Shown: positions 1 to 7,185, numbered from the stretch's first letter. The stretch: DNA of 11,912 nucleotides from Candidatus Thorarchaeota archaeon (GCA_011364905.1 RDNZ01000063.1:1-11912), one strand, 5' to 3'. Translations and numbers: made by a program. Notes: generated by a model not told the origin, from the letters alone.

Positions 1-125
1 TGAGAATGGCAAGAGCAATGAGAGGAAACTCTTCAGTGCCCACATGGGTTGTTATCAAGACAGGCGGTACGTTGAGAAGGACACCTTCACAGCGAAATTG
101 GCGTCAAAGCAAGTTAAAACCATAG
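1..125 (+). CDS. rpl39e: 50S ribosomal protein eL39 (L39e), 5'-truncated by the window edge
   Basis: Not in the ORF track. My translation from nt 3 is RMARAMRGNSSVPTWVVIKTGGTLRRTPSQRNWRQSKLKP*, with TAG at 123-125. It matches the L39e pattern (N..VP.WV..KT, R.WR..KLK) and lies directly upstream of rpl31e, the usual position. Confidence 0.93.
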   Translation, partial: RMARAMRGNSSVPTWVVIKTGGTLRRTPSQRNWRQSKLKP

Positions 126-139
126 TCAGGTGGACTTAG

Positions 140-585
140 ATGTCAAAGAAAAAGAAGAAAGAATCCAAAGCTGAGGCCTCGAAGAAAGAGCCTGAAATCG
201 AAGAGATTGAGGAGATTGAAGAGGTCGAAGAGGTGAGGAAGTTGAGGAAGAAACACCTGTCAAGGCTAAGGAGGCAAAAGCGCCAGCAGCAGAAGTGGTG
301 TCTGAAGAAGAAGAGGAGGAGGAGGAGATCATTGATGAACGAATCTATACCGTGCCACTCAGGAAAGCTTACTGGACAGGGAGCCGACTTCGTAGGTCCA
401 ACAGAGCAGTCAGGATTCTCAGTCGCTTTGTGGAAAGGCACATGAAGCCTGAGGAACTTCTAATCCAACCTGAGGTCAACGAAAGAATCTGGGCAAGAGG
501 GATTCAAAAACCTCCACGCAGAGTTCGAATTCGAGCAACCAAGAATTCAGACAATCTTGTACGCGTCTATCTTGCGGAGGGATAG
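140..585 (+). CDS. rpl31e: 50S ribosomal protein eL31 (L31e) with a long charged N-terminal extension; apparent 1-nt frameshift at ~234
   Basis: The L31e core (ERIYTVPLR, RAVRIL, VNERIWARGIQKPPRRVRIRA) lies in the 295..585 frame. The SD-like AGGTGG (128-133) precedes ATG140 in a different frame. Adding one base at 234/235 joins the two frames into a 148-aa protein. Confidence 0.9.
200..249 (+). repeat. Degenerate 9-nt tandem repeat encoding (EE[I/V])n in rpl31e
   Basis: Units are gaagagatt, gaggagatt, gaagaggtc, gaagaggt (8 nt, one base short), gaggaagtt and gaggaa. Confidence 0.85.
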
Positions 586-591
586 TCCGGC

Positions 592-1257
592 TTGATCGCC
601 CGAACCGATTTCGAGGGCGATTCGAATATCGGAGCCTATGGAATCGCCACAGACCGTTTTGTATTTGTCAGCTCAAACATGTCAGAGAAGGGACTAGATG
701 TCATTGAGAGAACATTCAATCTCCCACTGGTACAGACGACAGTTGCAACACTGGATGCGATAGGTCTTGTTTCTGTGGCCACATCTAACGGTATACTTGT
801 ACCATATACAATCTCCGATGAGGAACTAATGCAGCTCAAGAGTGCCTCAGAGGTCCCAGTTGACTGGTTAGATGACAAGATGACCGCACTAGGCAATATC
901 ATCATTGCCAATGATAATGGCGCTATGTGTCATCCGGATTTTAACTTCAAGGCAAAGCAAAAGATTTCGGACATACTAGGAGTCGAGGTTGTATCAGGTA
1001 GTCTTGCGAAACTACCTATCGTTGGCGCAAACGCCATAGCGACCAACCAGGGGGCCATAGTCCACCCACTGGCAACAAGTGGCGAGATTGAACTCCTAGC
1101 GCAGCTGTTAAAAGTGCAGGTAGAAGTGGGAACTGTAAACAGAGGAAGTCCTTACACAAGTCTGGGTGTAATGGCCAATGCCGATGGAATGATTGCAGGA
1201 TCGGACACCACTGGTGTAGAGCTAGCACACATCAGTCAGGTCCTGGGATTTGTATAA
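592..1257 (+). CDS. eif6: Translation initiation factor aIF6/eIF6 (ribosome anti-association factor)
   Basis: 221 aa with IF6 motifs NIGAY, ALGNIIIANDNGA, ATNQGAIVHP, GTVNRGSPY and TTGVEL. TTG start after GGAGG (576-580); conserved position after rpl31e. Confidence 0.96.
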   Translation: MIARTDFEGDSNIGAYGIATDRFVFVSSNMSEKGLDVIERTFNLPLVQTTVATLDAIGLVSVATSNGILVPYTISDEELMQLKSASEVPVDWLDDKMTALGNIIIANDNGAMCHPDFNFKAKQKISDILGVEVVSGSLAKLPIVGANAIATNQGAIVHPLATSGEIELLAQLLKVQVEVGTVNRGSPYTSLGVMANADGMIAGSDTTGVELAHISQVLGFV

Positions 1258-1273
1258 ATGAGGTGATACTTGG

Positions 1274-1516
1274 ATGAGTTCAAAGATTTGGCGTGTAACT
1301 GGCGCCTACAAAAAGGGGAAGAGGTCCTTCAGATTCACAAAGGAGCTTCTTGCTGACAAAGAGTCACATGTTAGAGAGAGAATCCTGTCTGAGGTTGGCA
1401 GTCGACACAGAGTGAAACGAAAAGCCATAGACTTCCATGAGATAAAGGAAATCAAACCTGAAGAAATCACGAACTTGGATCTTCGAAAATTACTAGGACT
1501 GGAGACCGAGTTCTAA
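1274..1516 (+). CDS. rpl18a: 50S ribosomal protein eL20 (L18Ae/LX)
   Basis: 80 aa: KIWRVTG, FTKEL, ERILSEVGSRHRVKR..I, EIKEIKPEE. SD GAGGTGA at 1260-1266; lies between aIF6 and pfdA. Confidence 0.93.
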   Translation: MSSKIWRVTGAYKKGKRSFRFTKELLADKESHVRERILSEVGSRHRVKRKAIDFHEIKEIKPEEITNLDLRKLLGLETEF

Positions 1517-1965
1517 TGACAGAAGAACAACAAAAACTGCTTGGGAAGATCTACAACGAGCAACAGTTGGCTGAGTCGAATCTCACGCTTCTCCAGCAAC
1601 GCATCGAGGTAGTCCAAGTCTACATCACAAACTATAGCTCTGGTATTGCTGTCTTGGAAGAGATTGAGAAGCGGAAGGAGGGTGAAACGATGTTGATGAA
1701 TGTTGGAGGAAGTATCTTCGTGGAAGCAAAACTGGCGAATCCGGACAAGGTAACACGAGGGATTGGCAATGCAGTCCGCATTGAGCAGAGTATTTCTGAA
1801 GCAAAAGCAGCTGTTCTTGAATCTTTGAAAAGCCTTGAGAAACAACGCGACGCGCTGACGCAGGAGTATGAACGATTGCTAGCACACGCTTCCAACTTAA
1901 ACACACAATTCCAACAACTGGCAACTCAGATTCAAGGTGGAGCACCCCCTGATCAGGAGGAGTAA
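1516..1965 (+). CDS. pfdA: Prefoldin subunit alpha
   Basis: Coiled coil / beta-hairpins (ETMLMNVGGSIFVEAK, DKVTRGIGNAVRIEQSISEA) / coiled coil. TAATG stop-start overlap with rpl18a; canonical position before ftsY. Confidence 0.92.
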   Translation: MTEEQQKLLGKIYNEQQLAESNLTLLQQRIEVVQVYITNYSSGIAVLEEIEKRKEGETMLMNVGGSIFVEAKLANPDKVTRGIGNAVRIEQSISEAKAAVLESLKSLEKQRDALTQEYERLLAHASNLNTQFQQLATQIQGGAPPDQEE

Positions 1966-1969
1966 GTGA

Positions 1970-2881
1970 TTGTTTGAGAAGCTCAGGGGAGCGCTCGATA
2001 CAGCTGTCACAAAGGCCACAACTAAAGAGCTCAATGAGAAGAACCTCAAAGATGCAGTCTGGGAACTCCAGATGGTCCTTATTCAAAATGATGTGGCAGT
2101 CGAGGTCGCTGAGCACATATGCGAATTGACAAAGGAGAAGGTGCTTGGAACAAGAACCGGGAGACTGGAGAATGTCAGCAAGCTGTTCAAATCAGCAATA
2201 TACGAGGCAATACTTGAGGTTCTGACTCCTGAACATCCACTTGACCTCCTTGACTTTGCGAAGGAGCATAGTGAGAAAGGAGAAACAACCACTATACTCT
2301 TTGTGGGAGTAAATGGAACAGGAAAAACGACGACACTAGCTAAACTTGCAGATGTATTCAAAAAACGTGGATTTTCATTAGTGATAGCGGCATGTGACAC
2401 GTTTCGTGCTGGAAGTATTGAACAGCTCGAAAAGCATGCTGAACGATTAGGCATCCGAGTGATAAAGCAGGACTACGGCGCGGATGCTGCAGCAATCGCG
2501 TATGATGCCGTAGCCCATGCCAAGGCAAGGCATATTGACATTGTCTTGATAGACTCTGCTGGCAGAATGCAGAGCAATAAGAATCTCCTTGAAGAGATGA
2601 GAAAGATTGTAAGAGTAGCGGGACCAGACCTGAAAATCTTCGTCGGAGATGCTCTAGCGGGGAACGATGCATTATCTCAAGCCAAGGAGTTCCATAATGC
2701 TATAGGCATCGATGGTGCAATACTCACAAAAGTAGACGCTGACCCGTCCGGGGGAGCAGCCCTTTCAATAGCATTCGTGACAGGAAGACCAGTGGTCTAT
2801 GTTGGAGTGGGACAGAACTATGACGATCTCAAACGCTTTGACCCTGAATGGTTTGCCAAGAGATTGATTGCTGAGAATTGA
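1970..2881 (+). CDS. ftsY: Signal recognition particle receptor FtsY (NG domain, no long acidic domain)
   Basis: SRP GTPase motifs GVNGTGKTTT, DTFRAGS..QL, DSAGR, TKVD, GGAALS and GVGQ.Y.DL..FDP. No M domain. TTG start. Confidence 0.96.
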   Translation: MFEKLRGALDTAVTKATTKELNEKNLKDAVWELQMVLIQNDVAVEVAEHICELTKEKVLGTRTGRLENVSKLFKSAIYEAILEVLTPEHPLDLLDFAKEHSEKGETTTILFVGVNGTGKTTTLAKLADVFKKRGFSLVIAACDTFRAGSIEQLEKHAERLGIRVIKQDYGADAAAIAYDAVAHAKARHIDIVLIDSAGRMQSNKNLLEEMRKIVRVAGPDLKIFVGDALAGNDALSQAKEFHNAIGIDGAILTKVDADPSGGAALSIAFVTGRPVVYVGVGQNYDDLKRFDPEWFAKRLIAEN

Positions 2882-2890
2882 ACAAGTGGG

Positions 2891-2903
2891 CAGTTTTTTA
2901 TAC
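2891..2903 (+). promoter_or_regulatory. T-tract / TATA-like element (ftsY terminator and/or argF promoter)
   Basis: TTTTTTATA at 2894-2902, about 45 nt upstream of the argF start; SD GAGGTG at 2936-2941. Confidence 0.45.
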
Positions 2904-2947
2904 GACTCAACACTGACTGCGCTATAGAAAGCCCTGAGGTGTAAAGA

Positions 2948-3871
2948 TTGAGCCTGAAAGGTAGAAACTTTGTCGATCTTGCAGATTTTGAGAGATTCGA
3001 GCTAAGGCAGGTATTGGACACAGCACATGATTTGAAGCGCAAACAGAAACGGGAAGAGCCCCACGAGGTTCTGAAAGGCAAATCGCTGGCTATGATTTTC
3101 ATGAAGTCCTCCACCAGAACAAGAGTGTCCTTTGAAGTGGGAATGACACAACTCGGCGGTCATGCACTCTATCTTGAACCAGGAGGGACACAGCTCGGAA
3201 GAGGCGAAACCATCGGAGACACCGCTCAGGTCTTGAGTAGGTACTGCGATGTGATTATGGCAAGAGTCTATGGACATGATGAGGTTGTTGACTTGGCAAA
3301 ACATGCTTCTGTGCCGGTTATCAACGGCCTCTCGGACTTTCTGCATCCATGTCAGATAATGGCAGACATGCAGACGATTGAAGAGCACAAGGGAAATCTT
3401 GAGGGGCTCAAAATCTCATATGTTGGCGACTCTAACAATGTCAGTAACTCAATCATGCAAGGTTGTACCATCATGGGTATGGAAGTTACCATTGGGTCTC
3501 CAAAGGGATACACACCTTCAGACAGTATCATGAAAAGGGCAACCGCACTAAGTAAAAGGTACAAGACCAAGCTGAAGGTTGTAAATGATCCTGTTGAAGC
3601 AGTAAAAGATGCTGATGTGATTTACACTGACACATTCTTCAGCATGGGGCAAGAGAAATCAAAGGAGAAAGAGGATGCGCTCATGCCTTTTCAAGTGAAC
3701 AAGACTCTTGTTGAAAAAGCGAAGAGTGATGTCATCGTTATGCACTGTCTGCCTGCACATCGTGATGAGGAGCTGACCTCAGAGGTTATGGATGGCCCAC
3801 ACTCTGTTGTGTTTGACCAGGCCGAAAATCGATTGCATGCTCAAAAAGCAATCCTTGCACTCATAGTATAA
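2948..3871 (+). CDS. argF: Ornithine carbamoyltransferase
   Basis: Carbamoyl-phosphate motif STRTR and HPCQ; ornithine-site DxxxSMG loop (DTFFSMG) and HCLP; C-terminal DQAENRLH. Confidence 0.96.
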   Translation: MSLKGRNFVDLADFERFELRQVLDTAHDLKRKQKREEPHEVLKGKSLAMIFMKSSTRTRVSFEVGMTQLGGHALYLEPGGTQLGRGETIGDTAQVLSRYCDVIMARVYGHDEVVDLAKHASVPVINGLSDFLHPCQIMADMQTIEEHKGNLEGLKISYVGDSNNVSNSIMQGCTIMGMEVTIGSPKGYTPSDSIMKRATALSKRYKTKLKVVNDPVEAVKDADVIYTDTFFSMGQEKSKEKEDALMPFQVNKTLVEKAKSDVIVMHCLPAHRDEELTSEVMDGPHSVVFDQAENRLHAQKAILALIV

Positions 3872-3883
3872 GAGGCGAATGCT

Positions 3884-4894
3884 TTGCCCGGTGAAGTAGT
3901 GGCAATTGGGAGAATCAATGTAGATATTGATATGCAGGTTGGCAAACTGCCAAACGTGAATGAACATATAATAAGTGAACATGGTCGAATTGCTTTTGGT
4001 GGGTCAGCTTCTAATTTCGCCACTCAAAGTTCACGCCTAGGTGTCAAGACCATGCTTGTCAGTTGCGTGGGAGACGACGCTTATGGACAGCTTGCAGTGA
4101 AGAGTCTTACCCAGGCGGGCGTAGATACGAGTTGCCTTTTGGTGCTGGAGAACCAACCGACAGGGATTTTCGTTCATACACACGACGCAAACGGAAACCG
4201 GATGGATGTGGTGGAACCTGGAGCCAACCGGTTCCTTGAGAAACGGGTTTTCGAAGAGGAAAAGCTTCTTGATGCAAAATTAGTGCATGTAGCAGGTTCA
4301 TTTCCGATGTTGTTCGATAGGGTCGCTGAGATCACCACATCATATGGAATGGTCCTATCACTGGATCCGGGCAGAGCTGGACTACAACTGGACTATGAAA
4401 ACATTCTGAAACGGATTGACCTTTTGTTTGTCAATCAAGCTGAGCTAAAGGAGTACTTCAAGGTCAATCCCACCGAAACCTCATTACGAAACTTTGCAAA
4501 GACATTCCCAGGCATTGTTATTGTAAAATTGGGAGAGAAAGGAGCTATTGCCACTGATGGTTTTGATTATTGCACCTCAGAAGTCTTTGAAGTTCCTGTG
4601 ACCGATACACTTGGAGCAGGAGATGCTTTCGCTGCAGGGTTTGTCACTGCTTGGATGAGATCCGAAAGAATAGAACAAGCCCTACATGTTGCCAATGCTG
4701 TTGCTGCACTTACAATCACAAAAGAGGGAGCTCAAAACGGACAGCCATCCCTCGAAGAAACGGCCCGTCTTCTTCGACGACATCAAATTGCGATTGACCC
4801 CGTATTAAAGACCTTCAAAGGCAGGAGTAAGGCCAAAGGGAGGTCCAAGGTCAAGAAAAGCTCAAAACTAAAGAAGAAACGTCGTAGTAACTGA
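3884..4894 (+). CDS. PfkB/ribokinase-family carbohydrate kinase with a basic C-terminal tail
   Basis: GxxNxD start (GRINVD), GGSASN, VGDD.YG, NxxE (NQAE), VKLGEKGA and the anion-hole motif DTLGAGDAF. TTG start after GAGGCG. Substrate cannot be assigned. Confidence 0.92.
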   Translation: MPGEVVAIGRINVDIDMQVGKLPNVNEHIISEHGRIAFGGSASNFATQSSRLGVKTMLVSCVGDDAYGQLAVKSLTQAGVDTSCLLVLENQPTGIFVHTHDANGNRMDVVEPGANRFLEKRVFEEEKLLDAKLVHVAGSFPMLFDRVAEITTSYGMVLSLDPGRAGLQLDYENILKRIDLLFVNQAELKEYFKVNPTETSLRNFAKTFPGIVIVKLGEKGAIATDGFDYCTSEVFEVPVTDTLGAGDAFAAGFVTAWMRSERIEQALHVANAVAALTITKEGAQNGQPSLEETARLLRRHQIAIDPVLKTFKGRSKAKGRSKVKKSSKLKKKRRSN

Positions 4895-4896
4895 GT

Positions 4897-4960
4897 AATA
4901 TCTGGGTAGTATTCCACTTTTTGTTACAACAATATCTGGGTAATAACATCATCTAGATGT
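4897..4960. promoter_or_regulatory. Direct repeat and dyad cluster upstream of ftsZ (candidate operator)
   Basis: AATATCTGGGTA occurs exactly at 4897-4908 and 4931-4942; TTGT-T-ACAA at 4921-4929; perfect palindrome CATCTAGATG at 4950-4959. Confidence 0.5.
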
Positions 4961-4973
4961 GAGTGGAAATATT

Positions 4974-6101
4974 ATGCACCCATTACTGGAAGAGGTCCTA
5001 AAATCGTCAGGTGGAAAGCGTGAGTCACCTGCTAAGAAACCCAATAGAACTCCAAAATCATCTACAACTGATGAAGAACTTGCAAGTCTGCTTGAGTCAG
5101 TTAACGCAAGAATACTTGTTGTTGGTGTCGGAGGGGCTGGGAACAATGCAATAACTCGTTTGATGGAAGTAGGTATTGAGGGGGCTGAAACCCTTGCAGC
5201 AAACACTGATGCTCAGGATCTATACTTCTGTAACTCACATCACAAACTCCTCCTAGGAAGGGAAACTTGTGGGGGGCTAGGAGCAGGAAACAACCCTGAC
5301 ATTGGAGAGGCTGCGGCTATTGAGTCCTATGGGGACATCAAGGATGCCGTGCGCGGAGACCTTGTGTTTATCACAGCCGGGATGGGAGGAGGAACCGGAA
5401 CAGGTGCTGCGGCTCATATTGCAAAGGCTGCCAAAGAGAATGGCGCACTGACAGTTGCCATAGTCTGTTTACCATTCGAAGTAGAGGGGGCCACACGAAA
5501 GAAAAACGCAACTCGTGGTCTCAACGCTTTGATGGAACATGTGGACACGCTTATTGCTATTCCAAATGAAAAACTGTTGGAGATAGCTCCAGACCTATCT
5601 CTTCCCGAAGCGTTCATGGTTGCCGATGAGGTCCTAGTACGTGCAGTGAAAGGCATTGCAGAACTAATCTCAAAGCCAGGTTTGGTCAACCTTGACTTCG
5701 CTGATGTTCGGACAACAATGAAAAATGGCGGTGTGTCAATCATAGCACTTGGCGAGGCCGAGGGTGAGGACCGAGCAGAAAATGCAGTCATCAACGCTCT
5801 ACGCAACCCGCTCATTGATGTGTCTATAGAGAACTCCAGAAATATCCTAGTGAATGTGAGTGGAAATGCAGACCTGCAGCTTTCTGAAGCAAAACGTGTG
5901 ATTGAGATTGTCACAGAACAGGTCAATCCAGGAGCTGAGATCATCTACGGAGCACTCATTGTCCCAGAGCTAGAAGACCGATTGCGAGTGACCATAATTG
6001 CTTCAGGAGTGAACTCTCCCTATGTCTTTGACAAGACTGAGCCTTTCACGCCCCTCGTAGATGACCTGAAGAGCGACCTTGGTATTCCCAAGCTCACATA
6101 A
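4974..6101 (+). CDS. ftsZ: Cell division protein FtsZ (probably FtsZ1-type)
   Basis: GVGGAGNN, ANTDAQDL, GLGAG, tubulin signature GGGTGTG, PF..EG..R, T7 loop GLVNLDFADV. Position upstream of secE-spt5-rpl11 is typical of archaeal ftsZ1. Start is ATG4974, or GTG4959 as an alternative. Confidence 0.97.
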   Translation: MHPLLEEVLKSSGGKRESPAKKPNRTPKSSTTDEELASLLESVNARILVVGVGGAGNNAITRLMEVGIEGAETLAANTDAQDLYFCNSHHKLLLGRETCGGLGAGNNPDIGEAAAIESYGDIKDAVRGDLVFITAGMGGGTGTGAAAHIAKAAKENGALTVAIVCLPFEVEGATRKKNATRGLNALMEHVDTLIAIPNEKLLEIAPDLSLPEAFMVADEVLVRAVKGIAELISKPGLVNLDFADVRTTMKNGGVSIIALGEAEGEDRAENAVINALRNPLIDVSIENSRNILVNVSGNADLQLSEAKRVIEIVTEQVNPGAEIIYGALIVPELEDRLRVTIIASGVNSPYVFDKTEPFTPLVDDLKSDLGIPKLT

Positions 6102-6115
6102 TGAGATTTGGATAC

Positions 6116-6177
6116 TCAGCAAATGTTAAAAGTGAACCATTGCTGACTGCAACCGGCTCCTAAACTGCTGGAGCAGT
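6116..6177 (+). promoter_or_regulatory. Putative secE-spt5 promoter with flanking dyads
   Basis: TATA-like TTAAAA (6126-6131) lies inside TCAGCAA-N17-TTGCTGA (6116-6146). ACTGCT-GG-AGCAGT dyad at 6164-6177. Confidence 0.4.
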
Positions 6178-6199
6178 ATGACTCAAGGACGTGAATGAT

Positions 6200-6391
6200 A
6201 TGGGTGTTGGTGAATTCATCAACGAAAGTAGACGCATTCTGAAACTGGCAACCAAGCCTACCCGAAAAGAACTCTGGTTGAGCCTCAGAGTCAGTCTACT
6301 CGGTTTGGTCCTTGTAGGAGTTCTCAGCTTCATAATTCAGATTATCATGACCCTGATAACAGGCAACTGGGGTGTCACCACCTCATCATAG
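6200..6391 (+). CDS. secE: Protein translocase subunit SecE / Sec61-gamma
   Basis: EFINESRRILKLATKPTRKEL followed by one TM helix with G...G..SFII; lies between ftsZ and spt5. Start is ATG6200 or GTG6191. Confidence 0.93.
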   Translation: MGVGEFINESRRILKLATKPTRKELWLSLRVSLLGLVLVGVLSFIIQIIMTLITGNWGVTTSS

Positions 6392-6437
6392 TCTGCCTAT
6401 GGACCAATGAAGATTCTAACATTTGGAGGGTTTCCCC

Positions 6438-7136
6438 TTGGAAACAGGAACAAGTATCTATGCAGTGCGTACGACTATCGGACAGGAACGTAGTGTCACA
6501 GACTTGATCACCACAGCGGTGGTTGGCGAAACAGATGTCTGGCGATGTCCGTTCTGCCGTGAGGAATTCTCAACCGAGAAAGCAACCAAAGAGCACATGA
6601 GTAGTTGTAAGAAGAAGAAAAAGAAGAAGGGGAAGCCAGAGTTAGTGTCCAAAAACCAGTTACTTGGTCGTGTAAAAGCAATCCTTGTTCCTGAAACACT
6701 CAGAGGCTATGTCTTCATTGAAACTACAGAGTTCAGAGATGTTGAGATAGCAATCTCTGGTGTTCCTCATGTAAGAGGTCGGGTTGGAGGAAAAGTCAGT
6801 CTGGAGGAAATCGACAAATTCCTTGCACCACCTCCTGCTGCCGAAGGCATCTCAATTGATGACGTAGTCGAGATCATCTCTGGACCATTCAAGGGCGAAC
6901 GTGCAAAGGTTGTGCGTGTGGACGCTGGAAAGGAGGAACTTATCCTAGAACTGCTGGATAGTCCATATACCATTCCGGTCAGAGTACATGCGGACTTTGC
7001 GAAAATCGTAGAGCGCGCAGAGAAGAAAGAGGAGCCAGCCGAAGTAGTTGGAGAGAAGGCTGAGGGAGCGGACACAGATGCCTTTGATGATGATGACTCT
7101 TTCTGGGCTCATGAGGAAGAAGAGGAAGAGGAATAG
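6438..7136 (+). CDS. spt5: Transcription elongation factor Spt5 (NusG family) with an inserted zinc finger and acidic tail
   Basis: NGN motifs IYAVRTTIGQE and AILVPETLRGYVFIE; KOW motif DDVVEIISGPFKGERAKVVRVD. TTG6438 lies 8 nt after GGAGG (6425-6429), so it is preferred over 6423. Confidence 0.95.
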   Translation: METGTSIYAVRTTIGQERSVTDLITTAVVGETDVWRCPFCREEFSTEKATKEHMSSCKKKKKKKGKPELVSKNQLLGRVKAILVPETLRGYVFIETTEFRDVEIAISGVPHVRGRVGGKVSLEEIDKFLAPPPAAEGISIDDVVEIISGPFKGERAKVVRVDAGKEELILELLDSPYTIPVRVHADFAKIVERAEKKEEPAEVVGEKAEGADTDAFDDDDSFWAHEEEEEEE

Positions 7137-7170
7137 ACTCCGCAGACATTTTGATTCTCTTGACGCTGTC

Positions 7171-7185
7171 GCAATCCTTAAAACC
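7171..7185 (+). promoter_or_regulatory. Putative TATA box for the rpl11-rpl1-rpl10-rpl12 transcript
   Basis: CCTTAAAA at 7176-7183 in the 236-nt spt5-rpl11 gap. It would imply a leader of roughly 165 nt. Confidence 0.4.

Noticed and set aside
236-445. Highly basic ORF segment (RKLRKKH...KKKRRRRR) of the 140..445 ORF, resembling a protamine or NLS
   Set aside because: It is the shifted reading of the GAG/GAA codons of rpl31e downstream of the frameshift.
4897-4945. Direct repeat read as a mini-CRISPR or insertion target-site duplication
   Set aside because: Only two 12-15 nt copies, with no cas or transposase genes nearby. Kept only as a candidate operator.
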